From assembly GCA_030704615.1 (NCBI GenBank), contig CM060733.1, positions 75,392,001 through 75,456,000 of the forward strand: a DNA stretch of 64,000 nucleotides, read 5' to 3'. Of this stretch, positions 23,672-34,400 are shown piece after piece. The position numbers and the translations under genes were made by a program. Each line of letters begins with the position of its first letter. Position 1 is the stretch's first letter. The stretch is from Takakia lepidozioides (taxonomy: Eukaryota; Plantae; Bryophyta). The notes beneath the pieces were generated by a model. It saw only the letters and a list, made by a program, of their open reading frames with translations, made no database searches and was not told the DNA's origin.

Positions 23672-24240
23672 TTAATGAGGCAATAACCAAAACTCTGTTC
23701 TGTAGTATCTCTCGTATATGCCTGGATTTCTTTCAAGCTTTAATGCACCCTTGGCTATACTAGAAGGCTCCATTACCATATAACCATATGGCAAGCACGT
23801 CTGAAAAGCCGTTCTTGGTGTAAGTTTGATCCACAAGATATCCTTCGGAATCCAATTTTTTACCAGTTCAAGTTCTTCATGCATATGAGTGTAAACATTC
23901 ACCTTCCGTTCCTCCCAGCTTTCAAACTCCACTTGTTTAGTGTATAGCAATGCTATCACATAAACCAATGTTGGTAACCAACTTGCTCTCCCTCTACAGG
24001 CCACTTGATAAATCTTTATCACTCCTTTCTCCAGACCCCACTCAGGATCAGCATCATGCACTCTCTTATGAATGTTTTCCTTGCAACCGTCTGTCAATTC
24101 CAAGAACCTCTGAAAGAATTGTTTGGACAATCTTTCTTTATCAGTTTCACAGGGAATTTGATTCACATCAAATTCCTTGATAATCCATCCACCATGATCC
24201 CACCAGATGCTTGTCACATCTGGTTGTTCTTGACTCAGTT
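23672..24240 (-). CDS. Extra ORF upstream of gag, unknown function
   Basis: Open frame 23672-24367 (231 aa) between the PBS and gag, with globular composition. No known motif recognised. Confidence 0.45.
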
Positions 24241-24257
24241 CCCCAGTATGGTCGCCA
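24240..24257 (-). promoter_or_regulatory. Primer-binding site, tRNA-Arg(UCG)-like
   Basis: TGGCGACCATACTGGGGA, 2 nt after the LTR's terminal CA. Its first 9 nt match the ...TGGTCG-CCA end of plant tRNA-Arg(UCG) as I recall it. Confidence 0.7.
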
Positions 24258-24259
24258 AA

Positions 24260-25242
24260 TGTCGAACGGCTTTTACTCACCCATCCCTTAGCTATCCGAG
24301 GTGGAAACTCCAAGATAGAAGAGTTGGAAATCTCTAAGTACTCAGCCCGCTCAGAACAATCAGTCATGACCTACAACTAGTGTATCGTGGGGGTGCTTCC
24401 TATTTGTATTCCTTCTCGCATTCATGTTAGCAATTTACCTTATCGTCTATGATTAAGTATCAGATTGCTTCTGCAATCTACCATGTTCCAACTACTCAAG
24501 CATTCATTCCACAGCTTCACTCATATCTCTCTACACGGTGTGAATATGAATAGGAATCATATTAATATCTATCATGTATCAGGCCGAAGCCATGGTGTCT
24601 CTAATCTGCTCTACAGTGCATCTCTACAGCTTGCATGAATCAAGCATCATCTTGTGGTATCTCCTCCTCTGTGTAATCTCCATCTCTGTGCTCCAAGATC
24701 GTGCTTTCCGCCTGATCTCCCCAAGTGATGTCCCAGAAGAGCTCTCAGAAGTGGCCCCCTCCATGTCACTACTCTGCCTATTCTACCTGCAAGCTGTTCT
24801 AACCGCCTAACTAATTAACTGTCATCCAAGACAGAATGCACGTTCCCTCTACAGATGTCATTCCCACACAGTCGTTCCCTGCCAATGATAACCGTTCCCT
24901 GTGAACACTGTGACGGGCTGTGCCAAGCTGTGTCGGGCTGTGACTGTGCCGAGTTGTGACTGGCCGTGTCAGACTGTGACTGACTGTGTCGGACTGTGTC
25001 GGGCTGTGATAGGCTGTGACTGACTGTGTTAGGATGTGTCAGGCTGTGACAGGCTTTGTCAAGCTGTGTCTAACTGTGTAAGGCTGTGACTGACTGTGTA
25101 AGCCTGTCTACCATCCCTAAGGCCTGTGTCTGTCACCCCTAAGATCTGTATTGGTCTGAGTCTACCACCATAGGTCTGTGCAAAATTAAGGGTACCCCAC
25201 AGAACCCGTAAAACTGTCCAAGTCCTAGACAGCCCTCTAACA
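24260..25242 (-). mobile_element. 5' LTR of element C, 983 bp
   Basis: TGTTAGAGGG...CCGTTCGACA followed by the PBS. Colinear with 2966-3948. Confidence 0.92.
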
Positions 25243-26200
25243 CGGGGAACTCACACTCTCACGCGCCTTGGTGGGTGTTCTGTTCAGACCCCCCTCCGCA
25301 GCCTGGGATGGTTTTCTCGTCGGGGATTGCAAGTGCTTGGCTTTCTTCTTCTTCTTTGCGTGGGCAGGCCCTCCTACATGTGCATCAGCTTCCTGGATTG
25401 GTGGATCTGCTGTCCTCATGCGATGCCCTGCACCTGCCATGCCGGCTGCACCAACCTCCCGAATGCCTATTTGGGTGTACTCCCGCTCTAGGGCCTCCCG
25501 TCCACCAGCAAAATGAGCTAGTTCCTGTGTGCCCTCCCGCCCCCGCTTTGGCGACCCGAAAATGTGAAGCACGTGGTCCGCAGACTGCTGCCGATGACTG
25601 TCAGACTGCGGTCGATGAGTAGCCGCTTTTGGAGTGAGTGCTCGAGGAGTTGGAGCTGTCGACGATACCACCACCGTGTCGAGTGGCATCGAACAACCAT
25701 GAAAGCAAAACCAAGTGAAGGCTTAAAAACACATGCAAAAGCACATGCAGAAGGATGCCAAAACAAACAAAACAAAGCCAATCAGACGACCGCACATGCT
25801 ACATAGAGAGAAGGAAGCAGGGGCTCGCCTGAGAGTGCTCGGCTTCAGTTGGCACGGGCTGTGATCAAGACAAGGGGATCTCCTGCTGGAGCTTCAGTTT
25901 GGCCATGCGAGACATTGGACGCGTCCCGTAGTACAAAGGTTTGAGTTTGCGCCGCGGTCTGGATGTGGGGTTTCTCTTAGGAGAGCCAGGACCTGCTCCA
26001 CGCGGCATAAGTCCGAGTAACAAAAAAACCTCCTCAGAATGCGTGCGTACAGGCCTCGAGCGGAACTTCATCCACCCATCACGTCAGGGGTTCCATGTGT
26101 ATCCGAGAAGGCAGCGCGGAATCCGTGCGGAACATCTTGTTCAAAACCAATGGCTGCGGACAATGAATGATGGCCGACACCCTTCAATGTCATAGGTATG
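25243..26200 (-). pseudogene. Second copy of the 5' part and upstream region of the ParB-MTase gene, cut by element C
   Basis: Colinear with ~12260-13330 (VVSSTAPT...MAGAGHRMRTADPP...PAHAKKKKK; MPRGAGPGSPKRNPTSR). Confidence 0.85.
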
Positions 26201-26229
26201 GAGCTCGTCCCCCACCGCCACCTATCCCA

Positions 26230-27750
26230 ACTTCCACCCGAGACTTCATCGACAACCCGCTGGATGGAAAAACGACATCGAATTTCCATCCAACGGATGA
26301 AGTCCGAGCGCCAACTGGCACTCCCTCCCTCCGAGTTGTCCTCATCGAATCCCTTGGATGGAAAAATGGCGCCGAATTTCCATCTGGCAGATGAAGTCAG
26401 AGCGCCACCTGGCCCTCGCTCCGCCCAAGATGGTACCATCCAGAAGCCGCGGGATGGAAATACGGTGCCGAATTTCCATCCAGCGGATGAAGTCAAAGCG
26501 CCAACTGACACTCCCTCCCCCCGAGACGTCCTCATCCAGAATCCGCTGGATGGAAAAATGGCGCCAAATTTCCATCCAACGGATGAAGTACGAGCGCCAC
26601 CTGGCCCACGCTCCGCCCGAGACGGCATCATCCACAAGCCCCTGGATGGAAAAACGGCGCCGAATTTCCATCCGGCGGATGAAGTCGGAGCACCACCTGG
26701 CCCTCGCTCCGCCCGAGACGGCATCATCCAGAAGTTGCGGGATAGAAATACGGCGCCGAATTTCCATCCAGCAGATGAAGTCAGAGTGCTGGCACTCCCT
26801 CCCCCCGAGACGTCCTCCATCGTCATTTCTTTGGCTTTACCGCTCAGCTCCTTCCACCATCTTGAGAGTCATCTTACCCTGCATGATATAGCTACTACTA
26901 AATTTGGCGAGACCTGTGTCAGCCGCATCCACGAGTTGAGGACTTCTGATGGTGAAAAATCTCCCAAAGCAAACTGCCTCATCCAGAATCCGCTGGATGG
27001 AAAAACGGCGCCGAATTTCCATCTAGCGGATGAAGTATGAACGCCACCTGGCCCTCGCTCCGCCCGAGATAGCATCATCCAAAAGCCGCGGGATTGAAAT
27101 ACGGCGCCGAATTTCCATCCAGCGGATGAAGTCGGAGCGCCAGCTGGCACTCCCTCCCCCCGATACGTCCTCATCCAGAATCCGCTGGATGGAAAAATGG
27201 CACCGAATTTCCATCCAGCGGATGAAGTACAAGCGCTTGCCCCTCGCTCCACCCGAGATGGCATCATCCAGAAGCCGCGGGATGGAAAAACGACGCCGAA
27301 TTTCCATCCGGCGGATGAAGTTGGAGCGCCACCTGGCCCTCGCTCTGACCGAGATGGCATCATCCAATAGCCACGGGATGGAAATACGGCGCCGGATTTC
27401 CATCCAGCGGATGAAGTTGAAGCGCCACCTTGCCCTCGCTCCGCCCGAGACGGTATCATCCAGAAGCCACGGGATGGAAATACGGCGTTGAATTTCCATC
27501 TAGCGGATGAAGTATGAGCACCACCTGGCCCTCGCTCCGCCCCATCCGGGGGATATTCTCTGTCGGCCAGGTGTCGGCCTCTTCCCCCGAGACGACTTCA
27601 TCCGACCGGCCTCGGATGGAAATTTGGCGCCATTTTACCATGGGGGATGTTCTCTGTCGGCCAGGTGTCGGCCTCTCCCCCCGAGACGACTTCATCCGAC
27701 CGGCCTCGGATGGAAATTCGGCGCCGTTTTTCCATCCGGGGGATGTTCTC
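26230..27750. repeat. 96-bp tandem arrays (about 14 palindrome copies) between the two divergent genes
   Basis: Cores at 26368, 26464, 26560, 26656, 26752, 27007, 27103, 27199, 27292, 27388 and ~27483, with two alternating unit subtypes. A different unit in the opposite orientation follows at 27544-27750. Arms are GATGGAAA/TTTCCATC. Confidence 0.9.
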
Positions 27751-27861
27751 TGGCAGGCACGTGGGGCCGCCCCGGGGAGACCCTGCCGGGACCGCCTCCC
27801 CAAGATTGAGTGTTGGTGCAGTTGGTGTTGGGCACGACTACCGGTTGGGAGGACCACACTG

Positions 27862-30629
27862 ATGATGTGGCGACCCCATGTTGTGCAAAAACATTACGCC
27901 AAGTACGAGATTGCTGATGCAACAAAGGTAAGTCGTCCATATATCTTCTCACGTACTCCTCAATTAAAAGTACTATATCTAATGAAACCTCGCGTTTGTG
28001 AATTGAGTATTGATGCATTTCATATCATGCATCTTGCAGCCCCGTCTTGATGTCCAAGCTCGCAATTTTTTTGCTGAAGAGGCATACCGATGCGGGTTTC
28101 TTCCTTCTTACGAGCCCCACCCCGTTCCGGATGTGAACATTTTTTTCTCGCAACATGACGTAGATGTAGTTTGTGAGGTAGCGGGGTACGATGTGTGTTT
28201 TTCTATTTTTGGGCACCGGGCTAGGCGCTTGTCACCTACACACACACATTTGTCATCCTCGACATCGGCACCCCCATCATCTGCATCGTCCGTTCCTCCT
28301 ATTGTAGATGGTCTTTACTCATCACCATTGCCATCCGAGGTCCCTCATACCGACCGGCTACGTGTCCCTTCCCCTCCATTGCCAAGACCACAGCCGCCAC
28401 TGAGTCCGAGTTCGACATCCTCGACATTGGCACCCCCATCATCACCATCATCCGCATCGTCCGTTCCTCCTATTGTACATGTTCTTTCCTCATCACCATC
28501 ATCATCCCGGCCATCTCGGCCAGTACTACCTCCACGCGAGATCCCTCATACCAACCTACATTTCCCTTCCCCTCCATTGCCGAGACCACAACCGCCACCG
28601 AGTCCGTATCCGGGTCCTCCGGAAGAACCCGGATGGATCCCACCACCTTTGGGGACTGTGTATCACTGGGACCGATGGATCACTAGGTTCCCACTCCGGG
28701 AGAAGGGCCCCCGAAGTGATGGACGGGCGCCGCCCCCTAGGAGAGGTGGACCGAAGTTGTTTCGCACGGTTGGTCCGCGCCTTCGCCGGCCTGATGACGG
28801 CATCATACATCATCGTGGTGCTAGGGAGCTATTCACGATGGGAGTCCAACCCCATTTCTACCAATGTCTTATGCCTTGTCCAGTTCCGATTCCCGAGGGT
28901 GAGCCCTTTCTTTTTTGGGGTCGCATGTATTGCGTGATGGAGGCAATGGACCCTAGTATGGGTCGCAGACTATTTTTTATGGTATTTTGAATTATATAGT
29001 GTCTCCTTCATGTGGTGAAGCAATGTATGTATTCCCCTCGTGTGTATAATGTGTACTTTGGGTTTTATCTTGTATGATAATGAACAACGCCATGTATGGA
29101 AACTGATAATGACATGGTTATTTTTGACATCTTAGGATGCCGGCCACAACCCCACGATGTTAATTCATGAAGTTCATGATCTTGTCATGAACCGGGATTT
29201 TGTTCCTTCGGAGGGGGGTGCGTATAAAAGGGACCCGACCCCGTCTGAAATGGCGGTCTCCGATGATGAGGACAACAATCCTGGCGTGCCTCCTTTGCGG
29301 CGCATCTGGTGGACATCCTCACTGCCACAACGGAGGACATTGTGAGGTCAATTATGCAGCAATGCAGGTACAACAAGTTCTTGAAAGGAAAACAGTGGGG
29401 CTTGGGGCCGGACAGGCAGGAAATGCTGATGCGAACTGCCTCCAGATCGAAGAATCCTCGGAAGTGGGCGGCAGCCTTGCGAGAGGGCCTTCGGGACACG
29501 CCATTGCTTCGAAGAGGCCAACACTTGGAAGGAGATGTTCACACCCGTCCAGTGAGACGAAGACTTGACAAGGCATCTGGCGGAGAAGATGATTCATGGC
29601 GAGCTGACAAGAATATTCGCACGCTCCCTCGTGGTCCCGTGATGTTGCCCGAGGAGGTCTCGTCGAGCACCGCAAGTCCTGCACGTTCAAGATCGTCATC
29701 TCCTTTGAGCACAAGGCATGTGGCCGAGGAACATAACGAGCCATCTGTAGTAATGCAGTACAACATACCCATTGTGGAGACAAGAGTGTCGGAATCACAG
29801 TGGAGAATTGCAAGGACATTGCCGGCATTTCGAGGGAAGTGCCATCCGGGTGGATATGAGAGCACGCTGTGGTGAGATGATTCGGAGGAACCCACACGGT
29901 GCTGTACCTGCACCTTGTTTCAGCGGCAGATTTTTGACTCCCACATTTTCTCACGCCACAATGCAGACGTTTTGGTTCTGTAGGCACGACATAATGACCT
30001 GTGTATCTGGCAAGCCCAAGTACGGGATTCAGGGAATGCAGGAGCCTCCGGGCGTCTGGCCTGTTGCACCGGGTTGCAACCTCTCTCAGAATGAGGTGGA
30101 TGTTCTTTCTGCAGCAGGATTTTGAATGTTGCAACGCACAGACGTCCCGGCCCATGCATTTCCAATTCCTCAGACCCAGCCATTGCAGACTGCTCGGTCC
30201 AATAGAGACGGATTGGACAATTCTGCACATCCCATAATGCGATTTGGAAGAGTGAAGAGACGACACCCTCCCAACAAGTTGAATGAGACTCGGATTGCCA
30301 ATGCTCTTGGGATGGCTTGCACTATTCAGAGTTCCGTGGACGTACCCCCACCCGACCTTGGGCGTGTTTATCGGATGACAACGGCCGGCTCAGCTGGACG
30401 CGACGACGTATACACAATTATGATTGGAGTGGAGCCGACTTGCAATTGTACGGACTTCTCGTTGATGGAAGCAAAGAAAGGGTCAAAGTATTATCCGTGC
30501 AAGCATCTGTATTACATTTATCTCAAGAGGTTGAGGATCAACTTGACTATTGATGACTTTATTCATGCACCAGCGTTGAGCGTGAACGAGCTGCACAAAC
30601 TCCTCCGCCGAGATTCCAGAAATCATTGA
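27862..30629 (+). pseudogene. Spliced gene: proline-rich N-terminus and C-terminal SWIM zinc finger; disrupted
   Basis: GT-AG introns 27928-28039 and 28982-29135 join in frame. C-terminus YTIMIGVEPTCNCTDF...YPCKHLYYIY fits CxC-xn-CxH (SWIM). Frameshifts near 29305 and 29850, stop at ~30123. Confidence 0.7.
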
Positions 30630-30829
30630 TGGGGCAAAAGGAATCCACCATATGGATATTTGCAATTGCATTTTGATGCATTAGACTTTGTTTTGCAGTG
30701 TAATGAAATGCACCCGAAAACTCCTGGAATGAGACAGACAATATTAAAGTAATATCTTTTAAACACTATGGACTGCTGGATATCCGTTGACGTCCATTGA
30801 GTTCCAACAGTAGTAGTTGTGGGGGCCAT

Positions 30830-31146
30830 TTCTGGAAAAATGGCGCCGAATTTCCCTATTTTGGGCCAAAAACTGGCTAAGTCCCAACATGAACGATGTC
30901 TGGAAAAATGGCGCCGAATTTACAGTTACATGGCCTAGAACTGCCCAACATCTGTGCAATCCCCGGCACCATGTACCGAAATTCGGCACCACATTTCCAA
31001 ATTTTGGGCTTACACTTCAACCATGTTGGGACCTATAGCCGCGAAATTTGTCACCATTTTTCGCCGGAGACACCTATTATCGCGAAATACGTCGCAGATT
31101 TCTCCAGTTGCGGAACCTATTACCGCAAAATTCGGCGCCATTTTTG
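30830..31146. repeat. About 5 further copies of the GGCGCC quasi-palindrome downstream of the SWIM gene
   Basis: ggaaaaatggcgccgaatttcc at 30833, and related copies at 30902, ~30978, ~31043 and ~31127. Confidence 0.8.
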
Positions 31147-31429
31147 CAGATGCCACTCGGAATTCGCATGAGCGGAAGACGAAATATCATGAGCACGGCT
31201 CTCAAAACTACAATTTCTACTTCAAACAATGAATATTATATTGGTTTTTTTTTCCCCGACACATTACATTAAAATAATGTTTTTAATGTTTTTTATTTCC
31301 AGAATTTGTACTTCTGCTCATGAAAACCGATTGTCTTACTACTCCGCTCATGCCGCTCATGCTCATGAAATAGCTAACCTCATAAGTATGGTAAGCCAGA
31401 ATCTTGAAGTAATTCCCAGATTGATTCAT

Positions 31430-34400
31430 TGATGATGGGTTGAAAGTGTGTGCTGGCATATTTTCATTGACGAGAGATCTCCCGTCCTTCCTTTGACGGG
31501 AGACCTCCCGTCATCCCTTTCACTATCCTTATTTGAGTCTTACGATAGATGTCCGGCGAGGTGCACTACCCAAATGATTAGCCAGATTCATTCTGAGTGC
31601 ATGCGCATTCCTACAATGTGATACACAAGACTTTAGGTAAAAAAATGGCGATGTTATCTAAGATCTTGTGGATCAATTTGTGGGCATGGCCATGCAAAGT
31701 CTCTGATAATGAGTCCTCTGTTATTGCTTCAAATGATGGGTTTAATGTGTGAGATGGAATGTATGTACGTACATATGTGAGATGGAATATTTTACAAGGA
31801 TGTTGTTCCGAATTATATTGATTTTTTGTTTACGTCCTAAGACGGGAGACCTCCGTCCTCCATTGCCAATTCCCAAGTGATTAGTAGCAGGCACGACACA
31901 CTACAGATACCCAAGTGATTAGTAACATTCATGACAAGACATTTCGGGGTGCACCCAAATAGTTACAGAGGGTCACACAAGTCTTTATATTACACAATGA
32001 CAATGTAGTCTAAAATCTTGTGTGGCCTTCATGAATTTCTGGCCATGCACAAGCCTGAAATGTGTTTGCTCTGTCAATGCATAAAATTATGATGGGTTGA
32101 AAGTGTGAGATGGCGGAAGTTCTGATTTATTCTTATTAGATTACATCGTACGACGGGAGCTTTCCCGTCGTCCTTCGACGGGAGGCCTCCCGTCCTCCTT
32201 TGACCATTCCCATATGTGTGTTGGGACTATCCAGTTACTAAATGGTACTAACCGGTTTATTTTTTATCCCTCAGGAATCAAACTGTAGGGTGTTGGAAAT
32301 AACGCACCCCGGTTGGTCGTATGGTCTTAGCAAGAGCCTCTGCTGAGAAATCCTTCGACATTATCAGACTGCTGCGTACAAAGGTTTCCGCCGAAGAGGC
32401 GCAATCCTCCTCGGAGTCTGAGGGCAGGGGCGAGGGATCTGCTGGGGGTGAGGATATTGTGGAGTCTTCACCAGTTATACACGCTCGTTCTGAAAGAAAT
32501 CAAGGTCGCCAGGAGAGGGCAATTGTTGACGGCTATTGTACCCCTTTGACCGTTGGATTGTCTCCGGAGGATGTTGCATCAGATGTTGTGGAGGTTTCTA
32601 CTCTTAAATACTCTCCATCAAGGGTGGGCATGGGAGGTCTCCCGTCCTCTTCGTTTGGGAATACCTCAGCATCAGGGCAGTTGAATGTTAATGAGGATCG
32701 GGTTGAGGACTCTGGAGAGAATGATATCACCGCTGCTGCAGAGGCACTAGCAAGAAATCCTCCGGAGGCTTTTGAGAGAACCCCAGTCAGAGAGAAAGGT
32801 TTGTACCTATTGATCACCTTGCTCTACTTCCAATTGAATTTAGGCTTCTTTTGTTCTCTATCTTCGATCCTCATGAATTTGTTTCAAATCAATTGTAGGA
32901 GCGCGTGGCGCGGCGTCGAATAATCTTGCGGAGGTGTACTCTGTCATTACACTTTCTCACTTTACACCGATTGACATCGTCTTGCTGCCCCTAACAAGAC
33001 GTCGTTCTGTTTCAGCGGCGAAGAAGAGACGCATGAAGCAGAGCCCGAAGAAGTATCCGGAGAGAATCACTTGACAGACACATCAATGAGGTAGCAATGG
33101 AAAATTCCACCGAGGTGTGTGCTACAATTCCATTTACTCATTCCAATTTGTGTTTGCACCTGGAAGTCATTTGTATTCCATTCTTGATTTCATTCAGTTG
33201 AGAACTAACTAATCGTCCTTGTCTGTCAGTAGAGAGAAGGTGGAAGACAAAACCAAAGATCATTCAGGGATGTGGTCGCCGCCGAAATTGACAATGAGGT
33301 ATTTGGACGGGAGACCTCCCGTCCCTTCCCTCCCACTTAGAACATTTTGACTTATATCCCGAAGCACAGACTTGGTTTTGTTTAAGGTGCCAGAAATTCT
33401 ATATTCATCTCCTACTTTACTACACATCAATAATATAGCTACCGATAGTCACATCCAAAGCTAACCATCGAATCTTGACAGATGGGTCATGACCATTTTC
33501 GAGCGAGCGCGGCAGCAAATCTCTTGCGCCGGAAGACATGAGTGACGGCCTCCTCTGGAGGTCAAAGAAAGTTAATCATTCTGAGTGTTGTTGGTTTATT
33601 GTATAAACCCAAGCCTGTTGGATCACAGAGGTTCTTTGAACATTTCCCTCGTGCCAAAATTCCCTACGATTGGGACAATGTCGTTCCTCGTCCGGGTCTT
33701 CTGGAATTTCTTGAACTTGTGTTCAACCATTACCATCTGGGTATCTGGTCCTGTGGAGTTTAGCATATGGTTGAGGCTCTTCTGGCATATCTTCTCCCAA
33801 AGGATATGGTCAGGAAATTTTGCTTTATCTGGTGTCGGGATACTTGCACCAAGCTCCTGCCTACATTGCCTCAACACAGCGGTTCTATATTAAAGACATT
33901 GTTGGTCTTTGGGAACACTTCGGGAGAAGTTCTAAGCCCTACGGCCTAAAATGCCAAACGCTTTTGATTGATGATGAGCCCATCAAAGCCCCGAGGAACC
34001 ATTTGAACACTGGTTTTTACCCGAGATCCTTTGATGGCACTCTAACGCCAATCGTCAAGGAGGGACGGGATTCTTTTGTTGAGGATCTTGTTGAGGCTTT
34101 ATGGCCATTCCTTTCTGGCATGATGTCATCTCCGACAGTTCAAGAATACATGGAGGAGAAATACTGGAAGTGCGCAAATGTTCAAATGTCTGTCGATAGC
34201 TCTCATCCTGATTAGATTTGGCTAGCGAGATATGCAAATCCCCTAGGGATTACTGACCCTTGTGTGTTTTCAAGTATGTTTCCCCCTCTTTGCTTTCAAC
34301 TTCTTCTTTTTATGTCAACAGATGTGTCTTAGAGTAGTAGGTTAAGAGGTTAGAAGGGTCAGTAAGCACGGGAGGTCTCCCGTCCCTGCTGCACACCATG

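Larger units (their letters stand above)
14262..25242 (-). mobile_element. Ty3/gypsy non-chromovirus LTR retrotransposon, 3'-truncated and degenerate (element C)
   Basis: Order is 5' LTR, PBS, extra ORF, gag, CCHC knuckles, protease (VLIDGGS), RT (VFLDDF), RNase H (ERNYSTTEREAL), integrase ([31 protein letters not shown]). Confidence 0.93.

Noticed and set aside
2966-25242. One intact LTR element bounded by LTRs 2966-3948 and 24260-25242
   Set aside because: The flanks differ (GGCTG versus CGGGG, so no TSD), the LTRs are visibly diverged, and gag occurs twice.
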